A stretch of 64,000 bases of DNA from an uncultured Methanospirillum sp. (GCA_964637135.1 CAZWTX010000002.1:1-64000), one strand, 5' to 3'. Shown: positions 20,021-30,452, counted from the stretch's first letter. The notes: generated from the sequence alone by a model not told the origin. Translations and numbers: made by a program.

Positions 20021-22405
20021 TCACTCTTCCGGTTCATGGTGCCTGACCGGGTCCACCGTTGGATCATGCAGGGTGAAATAGAAGGTACTCCCTTCATTCA
20101 CCCGTGATTCTGCCCATATCAACCCCCCATGCCGGATGATGATCCGTTTTACGATTGCAAGGCCGACGCCGGTCCCTTCATACTCGGTCACCGGGTTCAG
20201 CCTGATAAACACGTCAAAGATCTGGTTTGCATTGGCCATATCAAACCCGATTCCGTTGTCCCGGATAAAATACACCCATCTTCCCGCAGTAAAGATCGAA
20301 CCAATCTCCACCACCGGACGGGAGACATTCTGCGTGAACTTGAACGCATTCGAGAGAAGGTTGACCAGTACCTGCCGTATGAGAGCCGGATCACCACTCG
20401 TTTCGGGGAGATGACCGACCGTGACATCCACCCGGCACCCGGGGATCGAACCGGTCATGGTTGTGACGATCCGCCCGACAAGATCCTGCATGTCAATCGG
20501 GGTGTTATCAAGAACCTTGCGTGAAACCCGGGAGAAATCAAGGAGATCATCGATGAGATGATCCATCATCCGGGTACTGTCGCGGATCTTCTGGACATAC
20601 CGGATGATCTCCTCGTTACCGGTTTCCTGTGCCTTTATACCGAGGATATGGCTGAATCCGTCGATTGACCGGACCGGGGCCCTGAGATCATGGGATACCG
20701 TGTAGGTGAACGAATCCAGTTCATGCACGGTCGCTTCCAGTTCCCGGGTCCGGTACCGTACCTCGTCCTCAAGCCGGCGGTTCATCTCAAACAGAAGACG
20801 TTTTGCCCGGTTTTCCATCGTGATATCATGGAAAATCGCTTGTACCAGGACATTTCGGCTCAGTCGGATCCGGGTCAGGTGTACTTCGGTCTCCACCAGT
20901 TCGCCGTCAGAACGGGTAAATCCCCATTCAGTCGAGACAAATCCGCCATCGATGACATGACTGATCAGTTCTTCCAGCTTTAGGGTACTCCCGGTTCCAT
21001 CAGACTGAATACCCGGAGAAAAGTCAAGAAGGGTTTTTCCGACTACTTCATGATCCGGATATCCAAGGAGATGGGATACTTCTGGATTTATCTCCCTGAT
21101 GATCCCGTCTTCGATGAGCACAATAGCATCGTATGCTGCAGTGAATATCGTCTGGTACTTCTCCTCGGCCCGTCTTCGCAGGAGAAGCTCGTCTTTGAGT
21201 TCACTCTTGCTCTGGTGAAGTGCGGAGATGGTCTCTTTGAGCGAGCCGATCATCATGTTGATGGACTGCTCGATCTGCCTCGTCTCTGCCGCCCCGGTTG
21301 CACGAATCCGGTGATTGAGATCGCCATGGGCAATCCGGTTGATATCCTCAACGATCCGGCTGAGCGGACGGATGATACGACGGGAGAGGTAGAACGCGAA
21401 GCAAAATGCGAGGAGGAGGGTGATAACATTGACAAGGATATACAGGGAAAGGAGGGACTGGACTGCTTTTTCTCGTTCGACGGTAGAAAAGGTGGTTCTC
21501 GCAACGATGTGAATGAATGAGTTCGAGGGGGCACTGCTCTCATACAGCGGTAAAAAGGTGTACACAACCTCTTCTCTATCATCAGGGTGGGATTCCCGGA
21601 GCACCGCCCTCGTGGTGTATACCCGGGTGATCTTCTCCATGAGATCCGGATCCCTGGTCGTATTGCCCTCCACGGGAAGACTGGCGATACTCTCCCCCAT
21701 CCAGTTATAGAGGTCAACCCCGGTGATGGCCGGATGAAGTCGCTGGATGTTGTAAATCAGCTCGTCATATGAGATGGCGCTGGTCGATGGCATGACGAGA
21801 TCCATCTCCTTGCTTACCTCAAGGAGCCACTGGTGATCGTGGGTGCTGATATAGCCGTATTTCCGGTTCTTCTTGCTCAAATCAACACCATGGACGGAAC
21901 GGTCAGGATAGAACCTCCCTGATTTCTGCATCTCCTGTATCTTTTCATAAAATCCAGGGAGCGTCCTGAAATCGAGCCCGAGATCATTCGGGTACGTGGT
22001 GCTGACGATAACGCCGTCAGAGGAGATGATGTAGAACTCGTATTGTCCATGCAGGCGGGTTTCAGCACGATGATCAAGGTCTGACAGGTTTATCGCTGAT
22101 ATGTCGTTTCCGGCTTCTTTGTAGGCATCCCGGAGATACAGGATTGCTTCAAGAATATCCGGGTTTTGAGTAATTTCGTAGAGATAATTGCCCCGATCGA
22201 TCCAACGGGTTGACTGGGTCAGGATAGACTGGGAAACGTTCACTTCCTGTTCGAATCGTTGATCGATACGGGCTTTCTCCTCGAAGAACCAGTAGGTCGT
22301 GAACATGAGGATGAATAATACGAGCAGGATAAGGATGGCGGCATTCAGAATGGCATGATAGGAGAGGGATTCAGACGGGGGGGGAGGTGCCATCTTGCTC
22401 GACAT
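20021..22405 (-). CDS. Membrane sensor histidine kinase (TM-sensor-TM-HAMP-PAS-HisKA-HATPase)
   Basis: SHDLRAP H-box, NLLSNAFKF, DNGIGF and GTGVGLAIV motifs. Confidence 0.95.
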   Translation of the reverse strand: MSSKMAPPPPSESLSYHAILNAAILILLVLFILMFTTYWFFEEKARIDQRFEQEVNVSQSILTQSTRWIDRGNYLYEITQNPDILEAILYLRDAYKEAGNDISAINLSDLDHRAETRLHGQYEFYIISSDGVIVSTTYPNDLGLDFRTLPGFYEKIQEMQKSGRFYPDRSVHGVDLSKKNRKYGYISTHDHQWLLEVSKEMDLVMPSTSAISYDELIYNIQRLHPAITGVDLYNWMGESIASLPVEGNTTRDPDLMEKITRVYTTRAVLRESHPDDREEVVYTFLPLYESSAPSNSFIHIVARTTFSTVEREKAVQSLLSLYILVNVITLLLAFCFAFYLSRRIIRPLSRIVEDINRIAHGDLNHRIRATGAAETRQIEQSINMMIGSLKETISALHQSKSELKDELLLRRRAEEKYQTIFTAAYDAIVLIEDGIIREINPEVSHLLGYPDHEVVGKTLLDFSPGIQSDGTGSTLKLEELISHVIDGGFVSTEWGFTRSDGELVETEVHLTRIRLSRNVLVQAIFHDITMENRAKRLLFEMNRRLEDEVRYRTRELEATVHELDSFTYTVSHDLRAPVRSIDGFSHILGIKAQETGNEEIIRYVQKIRDSTRMMDHLIDDLLDFSRVSRKVLDNTPIDMQDLVGRIVTTMTGSIPGCRVDVTVGHLPETSGDPALIRQVLVNLLSNAFKFTQNVSRPVVEIGSIFTAGRWVYFIRDNGIGFDMANANQIFDVFIRLNPVTEYEGTGVGLAIVKRIIIRHGGLIWAESRVNEGSTFYFTLHDPTVDPVRHHEPEE

Positions 22406-22469
22406 ACCTCTCTCTCTCTGGTTCGATAAAGGGATCTGAGAGAGTACCCTGAAAAAAAAGAAACCAGGA

Positions 22470-23462
22470 TTACTTGTTCCTGAACTGGGGCATCATACCC
22501 CTGATCTCGCTTCCGACTTCTTCGATGAGGTGTTCCTCATCGGCACGGGTCAGGGCATTGAATGACGGCCGGTTGACCAGGTTTTCGAGCATCCATTCCT
22601 TTGCAAAGGTTCCGTTCTGGATCTCCTCGAGGATCTCCTGCATCGCAAGGTAGGACTCCTGGCCGATAACCCGGGGACCCCGGGTGAGATCCCCGTACTG
22701 GGCAGTATTCGAGATGGCACTGCGCATCTTCGTGAATCCGCCTTCATAGATGAGATCCACGATCAGTTTGAGCTCGTGACAGACTTCGAGGTATGCCATC
22801 TCGGGTGCATACCCGGCTTCAACGAGGGTCTCAAATCCGGCCCGGATCAGGGAAGTAGCCCCCCCACAGAGGACTGCCTGTTCTCCGAAGAGGTCGGTCT
22901 CGGTCTCCTCACGGAACGTGGTCTCAAGAACCACGGCCCGTGCAGCCCCGATCCCCTGGGCATAGGCGAGGGCGATCTTCCGGGCATTGCCACTCACATC
23001 CTGGTGAATCGCGATGAGGGCGGGAACTCCCATCCCCTCCGTGTAGGTCCGGCGTACCATGTGACCTGGTCCCTTCGGGGCGACCATGAAGACATCGACA
23101 TTCTTCGGCGGGACAATCTGGCCGTAATGAATATTGAATCCGTGGGAGAACATCAGGCTCTTACCGGCGGTGAGGTGTCCGGCGATGGATTCCCGGTACA
23201 CGGCTCCCTGCATCTCGTCAGGGATGAGCACCTGGATGATGTCTGCTTTTTTCGCCGCTTCCGCGACGTCATAGACCTCGAATCCTTCACTCTTTGCAAG
23301 ATCCCAACTCTTTCCCGGGCGAAGACCGATGATGACCTTCAGGCCGCTGTCTTTCAGGTTCAGTGCCTGTCCGCGTCCCTGGGAACCATACCCTATCACG
23401 GCGATGGTTTTTCCGGTTATCGCGGTGATATCTGCGTCTTTTTCGTAATATTTCTGCATCAT
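22470..23462 (-). CDS. ilvC: Ketol-acid reductoisomerase
   Basis: [22 protein letters not shown] and [16 protein letters not shown] motifs; start trimmed to ATG 23462. Confidence 0.98.
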   Translation of the reverse strand: MMQKYYEKDADITAITGKTIAVIGYGSQGRGQALNLKDSGLKVIIGLRPGKSWDLAKSEGFEVYDVAEAAKKADIIQVLIPDEMQGAVYRESIAGHLTAGKSLMFSHGFNIHYGQIVPPKNVDVFMVAPKGPGHMVRRTYTEGMGVPALIAIHQDVSGNARKIALAYAQGIGAARAVVLETTFREETETDLFGEQAVLCGGATSLIRAGFETLVEAGYAPEMAYLEVCHELKLIVDLIYEGGFTKMRSAISNTAQYGDLTRGPRVIGQESYLAMQEILEEIQNGTFAKEWMLENLVNRPSFNALTRADEEHLIEEVGSEIRGMMPQFRNK

Positions 23463-23560
23463 GGTACCAATCCGACCTACCTGTACGATTGTGGTCTTGC
23501 AGATATGTTTTTTCCTTTCTTCAGAAGGGAAAAAAAACCATTCATCCCGCTTTGATCCCA

Positions 23561-23592
23561 GTGGTGCATTTTCGCGCACTCGAATGCACCAC
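23561..23592. repeat. Perfect 10-bp inverted repeat in the divergent ilvC/TIGR00266 spacer
   Basis: GTGGTGCATT-N12-AATGCACCAC. Confidence 0.7.
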
Positions 23593-23652
23593 CTCCCCTC
23601 CTCCCATATGAGAAAAAATATGAGCCGTTAGAACATTCGTTGAACAGGGACC

Positions 23653-24348
23653 ATGAAATACGAGATCAAGTATCAGCCGTCATTTGCCCTGCTCGTTGTC
23701 AGGCTTGAACCGGGAGAGACGATAACCGCGGAAGCAGGTGCCATGACCTACATGCAGCCCACGATAGCGGTTCATACCAGGAAACGCAAGCAGGGAATCC
23801 TGTCATCGATCGGCCTCTCGCTCCTTGGCGGACAGTCCTTCTTTGTCAATGACTTCACCGCATCGGGAGGACCGGGAGAGGCCGGATTCTCGGCAGCCCC
23901 GCTCGGGGATATTGACCGGATCGCCATTCGTCCCGGGAGCGGATATATCATCCAGAAATCTGCCTACATCGCCTCGGGGCCGGGGGTTGAACTTGACGCC
24001 GAGTGGCAGGGATTCACCAAAGGGCTCTTCGGCCAGGGTCTTTTCATGATCAAGGTCTCCGGTGAAGGGGAGATTTTCATCAATGTCTTCGGTGCAGTGG
24101 ATAAACACGTGCTTGCCCCCGGGGAACGGCTCATCGTCGACAACTTTCACCTCGTTGCCTTCAGCGAGAGCTGCCAGTACCAGGTGACCAAGTTCGGAGG
24201 CTGGAAAGAGACGTTCCTTTCCGGAGAATTCCTCGTCACCGATATCACCGGTCCGGGTGAGGTCTACATACAGACAAAGAACATCAGGGAGATGGCAGAC
24301 TGGATCTGGACCCTTATCGAGCCACGGGTCCAGGCAAAAGCCCGATAA
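23653..24348 (+). CDS. TIGR00266 / AIM24 family protein
   Basis: AEAGAM, GQSFFVN, GQGLF, VDNFHLVAF and SGEFLV...GPGEVYIQT motifs. Confidence 0.92.
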   Translation: MKYEIKYQPSFALLVVRLEPGETITAEAGAMTYMQPTIAVHTRKRKQGILSSIGLSLLGGQSFFVNDFTASGGPGEAGFSAAPLGDIDRIAIRPGSGYIIQKSAYIASGPGVELDAEWQGFTKGLFGQGLFMIKVSGEGEIFINVFGAVDKHVLAPGERLIVDNFHLVAFSESCQYQVTKFGGWKETFLSGEFLVTDITGPGEVYIQTKNIREMADWIWTLIEPRVQAKAR

Positions 24349-24476
24349 CCAGTAGATCCAGGGCCTCCCCTGCACCCGTGATGAACAGGGAGCAGGAGAG
24401 GAGGGATCGGCATGTGGTGCATCAGGTAAACCCTCACGGGATATCTGATGCTTTTCGGAGAGGATTGAGGAACCAG

Positions 24477-24484
24477 TTATAAAA
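24477..24484 (+). promoter_or_regulatory. TATA box of the cimA-ilvB-ilvN operon
   Basis: TTATAAAA about 30 nt upstream of ATG 24514, consistent with a leaderless or near-leaderless transcript. Confidence 0.6.
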
Positions 24485-24513
24485 GGGTATTGAAAATCCG
24501 AGATCACTATTAT

Positions 24514-24579
24514 ATGATGGTGTGCCCAACGGGTAACCGGGAGTTTAGTCCTATGAGTGATTGTTTTATTGCCCGATAA
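24514..24579 (+). CDS. Putative leader peptide/uORF MMVCPTGNREFSPMSDCFIAR overlapping the cimA start
   Basis: ATG 24514 to TAA 24579; cimA lies in the +1 frame; positioned near the predicted transcription start. Confidence 0.55.
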   Translation: MMVCPTGNREFSPMSDCFIAR

Positions 24580-26071
24580 AAAGGTTCGTTTTTTTGATAC
24601 AACACTCCGTGACGGAGAACAGACACCTGGTGTCTCCCTGACCCCGACGGAAAAACTTGAGATCGCCACCGCCCTGTCGGGTATCGGTGTTCATGTTATC
24701 GAAGCAGGGTCAGCAGTTGCATCGGAGGGTGAACGGGAAGCCATCCGGCTGATCGCGGATGCCGGTCTTGCTGCTGAATGTTGTACCTATGTCAGAGCAC
24801 TGCACCAGGATATTGACTGTGCCGCAGATGCCGGTGCAGATTCGGTCCACCTCGTGGTGCCGGTCTCTGACCTCCATATCGTCCAGAAGATGCAGAAGAC
24901 CAGGGAGCAGATCTTCGAGATGGCCCTGGATGCCGTGCGGTATGCCAAGGACGCGGGGCTCATCGTTGAGCTCTCCGGGGAGGATGCATCCCGGGCAGAC
25001 ATGGAGTTCCTCCGGACCCTCTATGCAGCAGGGGTTGCCGAGGGAGCAGACCGGCTCTGTTTCTGTGATACCGTCGGGGTGCTCACCCCGGAACGGGTTG
25101 CCACCGATATTCCCCCCCTCTGTATCGCCCCGCTCTCGATCCACTGCCATAACGATCTCGGGCTCGCCCTTGCCAACACCCTTGCCGCCCTGAAAGCCGG
25201 GGCATCAGCGGCCCATGTGACCGTGAACGGGCTCGGAGAGCGGGCAGGGAACACCCCGTTGGAAGAACTCGTCATGGCACTCGAAACGCTGTACGGGTAC
25301 GATACCGGGATTAATACCCGGAAAATCTATCCGGTCTCAACGCTCGTGTCCCGCCTGACCGGTGTCCCCTTTGCAACAAACAAGCCGATCGTGGGAACGA
25401 TGGCATTTACCCACGAGAGCGGGATCCATGCCCACGGGCTCTTCCGGGATACCCGGACCTACGAGCCGATCTCACCTGAACTCGTTGGACGGACGAGACG
25501 GATTGTGCTCGGGAAACACTCCGGATCCGCGTCGGTAAAGGCCGCCCTGACCGAACTCGGGTACAACCCGAATCCCCGGCAGCTCGAGGAGATCGTCCGG
25601 CGGGTGAAGGCTCTCGGGGACGAGGGCCGGCGGGTGACCGATTCGGATGTCATGGCAATCGCAGATACCGTGATGCTTATCGAATGCAAACCGGTGATCA
25701 GCCTGAAGCAGTATACAGTCGTCAGCGGTACGAACGTCATCCCGACAGCATCGGTGACCATGACGGTGAACGGTAGTGAAGTGACCGGGGCTGCCATCGG
25801 GGATGGTCCGGTGGATGCCGCTCTCCGGGTCCTGGAACAGTCGGTTGCCATCGCTGGGGATATCAAACTGGAAGAGTTCCATGTGGATGCGGTCACCGGC
25901 GGAACCGATGCAATGGTTGAAGTTTTGGTAAAACTGAGAAAAGATGGACACAGCATCACGTCACGGGGAGCAAGGACCGATATCATCCAGGCCTCCGTGG
26001 AAGCTGTTATTGCAGGCATGAACCGCCTGCTGAGGGAGTATCATGAAGAGCGGAGCACAGATTCTGATTGA
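24557..26071 (+). CDS. cimA: (R)-citramalate synthase (LeuA/CimA family)
   Basis: DTTLRDGEQTPGVSLTP, IEAGSAVASEGERE, VHLVVPVS, HCHNDLG, GERAGN and HESGIH motifs typical of methanogen CimA. LeuA not fully excluded. The only in-frame start before the domain is GTG 24557, directly after an in-frame TGA. Confidence 0.85.
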   Translation: MIVLLPDKKVRFFDTTLRDGEQTPGVSLTPTEKLEIATALSGIGVHVIEAGSAVASEGEREAIRLIADAGLAAECCTYVRALHQDIDCAADAGADSVHLVVPVSDLHIVQKMQKTREQIFEMALDAVRYAKDAGLIVELSGEDASRADMEFLRTLYAAGVAEGADRLCFCDTVGVLTPERVATDIPPLCIAPLSIHCHNDLGLALANTLAALKAGASAAHVTVNGLGERAGNTPLEELVMALETLYGYDTGINTRKIYPVSTLVSRLTGVPFATNKPIVGTMAFTHESGIHAHGLFRDTRTYEPISPELVGRTRRIVLGKHSGSASVKAALTELGYNPNPRQLEEIVRRVKALGDEGRRVTDSDVMAIADTVMLIECKPVISLKQYTVVSGTNVIPTASVTMTVNGSEVTGAAIGDGPVDAALRVLEQSVAIAGDIKLEEFHVDAVTGGTDAMVEVLVKLRKDGHSITSRGARTDIIQASVEAVIAGMNRLLREYHEERSTDSD

Positions 26072-27734
26072 AGGATTAAAAGAGCAGGGTGTCGATCTCA
26101 TCTTCGGATATCCGGGCGGCGTTGTCCTTCCCATATACGATGAACTCTATGACTCCGACATTACCCATATCCTGGTGAGACACGAACAGGCAGCGATCCA
26201 TGCTGCAGACGGGTATGCCCGGGCAACCGGGAAGACCGGGGTATGCCTTGCGACCTCCGGTCCCGGCGCCTGCAACCTCGTCACCGGTCTTGCAACCGCC
26301 TACATGGATTCCATCCCGGTGGTTGCCCTGACCGGGCAGGTACCGACCACGCTTCTTGGAAACGATGCATTCCAGGAGTCTGATATCACCGGGATCACGA
26401 TGCCGGTGACCAAGCATAACTTCCTCGTCCAGGATGCACGGGATCTGAAACGGATCATCAGGGAAGCGTTTTACATCGCCGGGACCGGGAGAAAGGGGCC
26501 GGTCCTGATTGATATCCCAAAGGATGTCAGCACGGCCATGGTTCCGGATACCAACGGCCCTGACCAGCAGCCTCATCTTCGCGGGTACAAACCAACCCTC
26601 CACGGTCATGGAAAGATGATCCACAAGGCGACTGAACTCATCCGCGAGGCACAGCGTCCGATCATGTATGCCGGCGGGGGAGTCATCTCTGCCGAAGCAT
26701 CCGCAGAACTCGTTGAGTTTGCCGAACGGATGTGCATGCCGGTCACGACAACCCTGATGGGCCTTGGCTGCATCCCGACTGACCATCCCCTCAACCTCGG
26801 GATGCTTGGAATGCACGGAACCGAGTATGCCAATTATGCCATCTCGGAGTGCGATCTCCTCTTCGCCATCGGGGTGCGGTTCGATGACCGGGTCACCGGG
26901 AGAATCGAGACCTTTGCCCCGCATGCGAAGGTGATCCATATCGATGTCGACCCGGCCGAGATCGGGAAGAACAAAACCGTCGATGTTCCGATCGTCGGGG
27001 ATGCACGAAATATCCTCCTCGATCTCCTGAAAAAACTCCCTGATACCTGTAGCCACCCGGAATGGTCAGAGAAGGTTAAAAGGTGGAAACAGAACCATCC
27101 GCTCAGGTTTAACGAGAACGATCTCCTCCATCCGCAGCAGGTGATCCGGACACTATCAGAAATTCTCGGGAAACGGGGAATCATCGTCACCGAGGTCGGT
27201 CAGAACCAGATGTGGTCTGCCCAGTACTTCCGGTTCTCCCGGCCACGGCAGTGGATCAGCAGCGGCGGTCTTGGAACGATGGGATACGGATTCCCGGCTG
27301 CCATTGGTGCACAGATGGGAAAACCCGGCGAACCGGTCGTCGTCTTTGCCGGCGACGGGAGTTTCCAGATGAATATCCAGGAACTCGGAACGGTTGCCCA
27401 GTATAATATCCCGGTCAAGGTGATCATCCTGAATAACCGGTTCCTCGGGATGGTGAGGCAGTGGCAGGAGCTCTTCTACGAAAAACGGTACTCCTCTACC
27501 GAACTTCCCGAGGTCAGATTCGCAGATATTGCCCGTGCCTACGGGATAGAAGGGGCCACGATCACCGAAAAGGCAGATCTTGAGCCGGCTCTGCGGGCCG
27601 CCCTCGATCATCCCGGCCCGTATGTCCTGGATGTCAGGGTGGTCAGGGAAGAGAATGTCTTCCCGATGGTCCCGGCCGGGGCAGCCATCAGCGAAATGAT
27701 CGTCGGGCATCACACCGAACACCGGGAGGGATAA
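26043..27734 (+). CDS. ilvB: Acetolactate synthase large subunit
   Basis: FGYPGG, RHEQAA, TSGPGA, GDGSFQMN and GMVRQWQ motifs. Confidence 0.97.
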   Translation: MKSGAQILIEGLKEQGVDLIFGYPGGVVLPIYDELYDSDITHILVRHEQAAIHAADGYARATGKTGVCLATSGPGACNLVTGLATAYMDSIPVVALTGQVPTTLLGNDAFQESDITGITMPVTKHNFLVQDARDLKRIIREAFYIAGTGRKGPVLIDIPKDVSTAMVPDTNGPDQQPHLRGYKPTLHGHGKMIHKATELIREAQRPIMYAGGGVISAEASAELVEFAERMCMPVTTTLMGLGCIPTDHPLNLGMLGMHGTEYANYAISECDLLFAIGVRFDDRVTGRIETFAPHAKVIHIDVDPAEIGKNKTVDVPIVGDARNILLDLLKKLPDTCSHPEWSEKVKRWKQNHPLRFNENDLLHPQQVIRTLSEILGKRGIIVTEVGQNQMWSAQYFRFSRPRQWISSGGLGTMGYGFPAAIGAQMGKPGEPVVVFAGDGSFQMNIQELGTVAQYNIPVKVIILNNRFLGMVRQWQELFYEKRYSSTELPEVRFADIARAYGIEGATITEKADLEPALRAALDHPGPYVLDVRVVREENVFPMVPAGAAISEMIVGHHTEHREG

Positions 27735-27736
27735 CC

Positions 27737-28237
27737 ATGCAGCCGCATATCTTCAGTGTGCTTGTCGAGGACAGCCCGGGGGTTCTTTCCCGGGTGACCG
27801 GCCTCTTCTCCCGGCGGGGGTTCAACATCGAAAGTCTTGCCGTCGGAACCTGTGATCAACCACAGACGAGCCGGATCACGATAGTGGTCTCCGGGAACGA
27901 TGTCCAGATCGAACAGGTGAAGAAGCAGCTAAACAAGCTGATCGAGGTTATCACCGTCAGGGATATCTCGGAAACCGAGCATGTCGAGCGGGAACTCGCG
28001 CTGATCAAGGTGAAAGCCGAGCCGGGAGACGCCCGGTCAGAGATCATGCAGATTGCCGGGATATTCCGGGCAAAGATCATCGATGTCGGGCCCCAGAGCC
28101 TGATGGTTGAAGTGACCGGGGACTCGGGAAAGATTACCGCAATAGAGGATCTCTTCAAGCCGTACGGGATCCTTGAACTGGTCAGGACCGGCAAAATTGC
28201 CCTCCAGCGGGGTTCGGGCACGGTCACCGGGAAATAA
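27737..28237 (+). CDS. ilvN: Acetolactate synthase regulatory subunit
   Basis: PGVLSRVTGLFSRRGFNIESL, KQLNKLIEV and ERELALIKV motifs. Confidence 0.97.
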   Translation: MQPHIFSVLVEDSPGVLSRVTGLFSRRGFNIESLAVGTCDQPQTSRITIVVSGNDVQIEQVKKQLNKLIEVITVRDISETEHVERELALIKVKAEPGDARSEIMQIAGIFRAKIIDVGPQSLMVEVTGDSGKITAIEDLFKPYGILELVRTGKIALQRGSGTVTGK

Positions 28238-28238
28238 A

Positions 28239-28985
28239 TCAGCTCTTCTGCATCAGGTAGAAGACATACCCATATAATCCCCGGTACCGGTTGAAAATCT
28301 CAATCTCTTTTTCGATATCACTGATAACCTGCTCCATGATCCCGTCTACCCCGGCTGTACGTAACGCTGCGATCTGACCAATCTGGGGCCGGTAGTACTG
28401 AGCCCAGGCTTCTTCCGGAAGAAGAACCGACCCGATCCACCGGTACCCGGCATCACGGATGACCGCTTCGTTTGCTGAACGCGTCTGCATCGCCGGATAT
28501 TCAGTATCCCAGAAGGATTTCAACCCGGCAGGAGGCGAATCGGTGAGCCAGGTTGCTTCAGAAACAACGATATATCCGCCATCCTTCAGGAGCGGCTTCC
28601 ATAGCCGCAGTCCCCGGGCAAATCCAACGAAATATACCGCCCCCTCTGACCAGATGAGATCAAACGGACCAACCCCGTCAGGAAGGGCATCCATCGATGT
28701 CTCAAGAACATGAATGCGGTTAGAGAGACCCAGTTTTTCAGCCCGGTTGAGGAGCCGGGAGAAAAAGATCCCGTTGAGATCAACAGCCGTCACGTCACCG
28801 CCTTCTCCGGCGAGAACTATCGTCTGGGAACCGTTTCCGCATCCCATATCAGCAATACGGGGGCAATCAGGGAGATCGGTCAGGAGACGATAGAGAAACC
28901 GGGTGTACCGGTCATCACCCGGGCCAAGCCGGGGCATGGATTCATAAAAGGTAAGAAGAGCCTTGAAATATGCATCATCATCCAT
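28239..28985 (-). CDS. Class I SAM-dependent methyltransferase
   Basis: RLGPG, ADMGCGNG, DLIWSEGA and YGYVFY motifs; a different subfamily from the island methyltransferases. Confidence 0.9.
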   Translation of the reverse strand: MDDDAYFKALLTFYESMPRLGPGDDRYTRFLYRLLTDLPDCPRIADMGCGNGSQTIVLAGEGGDVTAVDLNGIFFSRLLNRAEKLGLSNRIHVLETSMDALPDGVGPFDLIWSEGAVYFVGFARGLRLWKPLLKDGGYIVVSEATWLTDSPPAGLKSFWDTEYPAMQTRSANEAVIRDAGYRWIGSVLLPEEAWAQYYRPQIGQIAALRTAGVDGIMEQVISDIEKEIEIFNRYRGLYGYVFYLMQKS

Positions 28986-29161
28986 TCAGTATGGTTCATC
29001 ACCGATCCATGAGAGGTTTCTGATGAGAGAGCCGGGGTCAGACTTTCGTCGGAAGAGGAATTCCGGTCAGTGAGGAAGAGAAAAAAGAGAAGAAAGGAAG
29101 AACGCCCCTCCCGGGAATCCCGCAGTCGCCGGTATGTGATTTCCCCCCGGGATTCCCATAC

Positions 29162-29542
29162 TTATGCAGACAGGACTGATGACGGTTCGGGCCCGACCGC
29201 AAGACGCTCTTTTTCAGCCATGCTCTCCCGGTACTGTCCTCCCCATTCGAGCATCACATGGATGATCGGAATGATGGCCCGCCCATGATCGGTGAGGGAG
29301 TATTCCACCCGGGGAGGAACTTCGGGATACACCACCCGGTTCAGGATGGAAGCCCGCTCAAGATCCCTGAGGTGTTTGGTGATGGTCTTTGAATTGATCC
29401 TGCACATCCTGCTCTGGAGTTCAGAAAAACGGAGCGTGCCTTCCCTGAGCTGCCAGATGATGATCAGGTTCCACTTGCTTCCGATAATATCCACGATATC
29501 ATTAAGCCCACATTTCACGGCTTTTTCACACGCATTACCCAT
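29162..29542 (-). CDS. HxlR family winged-HTH regulator
   Basis: C...DIIGSKW, RFSEL and [13 protein letters not shown] motifs. Confidence 0.93.
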   Translation of the reverse strand: MGNACEKAVKCGLNDIVDIIGSKWNLIIIWQLREGTLRFSELQSRMCRINSKTITKHLRDLERASILNRVVYPEVPPRVEYSLTDHGRAIIPIIHVMLEWGGQYRESMAEKERLAVGPEPSSVLSA

Positions 29543-29633
29543 TATATCAATACTTACTTTTTGGAAACAATATTACAAAAAGGATTCTGACCCCTATATG
29601 AAACAATAAGCAGCAGGTACTGAGTGAAGAAAA

Positions 29634-30452
29634 ATGTCCGTTGAGATTGATTCGGATACCTGCACGAGATGCGGAACCTGTATCCAGGTATGCCCGATCG
29701 GGATCATAACCCCCGGCAATGAGGGGGATGCACCATCTGTTGACCCTGAACGAACTGGATTGTGCCTCTCCTGCGGCCAATGCGAGGCATTCTGCCCCCC
29801 TGGTGCACTCACCCTGAACACCCGTTCCACCCCGGCCCCCCGGGCCTTCGCTGGTGAGACGATCCGGGCGGCAGACCTCGGGGTATACCTGAAGAGCCGC
29901 CGGTCTATCCGCCATTTTCTCAAAAAACCGGTTGACCGGGAGACGATCAAATCGATCCTCGATATTGCCCGGTACGCCGCCTCAGCAGGAAACGGGCAGC
30001 CGGTTGAATGGCTGGTCATCCACGATCCGGCAAGGGTACAGGAGATCGCCCGGCTGACGGCAGACTGGATGCGGACGATGGCCGCCGGCTCCCACCCGCT
30101 CGGTGCATACGTCAGGCCGATGATCACCGCATTTGATGCCGGTGGCGATCCGATCTGCCGGAATGCCCCCCACCTCGTCATCCCCCATGTCCAGGAAGAG
30201 GAGGGAAGAACAATGGTCCAGACCGATGCCATTATTGCCCTCACCCATGTTGATATCACCGCTCCTGCCTTTGGCGTCGGGACCTGCTGGGCAGGCTGGG
30301 TTGCCATGGCAGCACGTTCCTCTGCCCTGGTTGCAACCGCCCTCGCACTTCCTGAGGGAAGAGTCGCGGCACATGCCATGATGCTCGGATACCCCCGGTA
30401 TAAACCGGCATTCATCCCGGAGAGAAAACCACTGACCATCACCTGGCAGTAG
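29634..30452 (+). CDS. Nitroreductase with N-terminal 4Fe-4S ferredoxin domain
   Basis: CTRCGTCIQVCP, CLSCGQCEAFCP, RRSIRHF, ASAGNGQP and GTCWAG motifs. Confidence 0.93.
   Translation: MSVEIDSDTCTRCGTCIQVCPIGIITPGNEGDAPSVDPERTGLCLSCGQCEAFCPPGALTLNTRSTPAPRAFAGETIRAADLGVYLKSRRSIRHFLKKPVDRETIKSILDIARYAASAGNGQPVEWLVIHDPARVQEIARLTADWMRTMAAGSHPLGAYVRPMITAFDAGGDPICRNAPHLVIPHVQEEEGRTMVQTDAIIALTHVDITAPAFGVGTCWAGWVAMAARSSALVATALALPEGRVAAHAMMLGYPRYKPAFIPERKPLTITWQ

Noticed and set aside
23463..23579. 39-aa N-terminal extension of ilvC in the ORF track
   Set aside because: Runs through promoter-like A/T tracts; homology starts at MMQKYY.
4796..30452. TAG-ending genes as pyrrolysine read-through candidates
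   Set aside because: Stops fall at the expected family C-termini, and no pyl genes are in the window.
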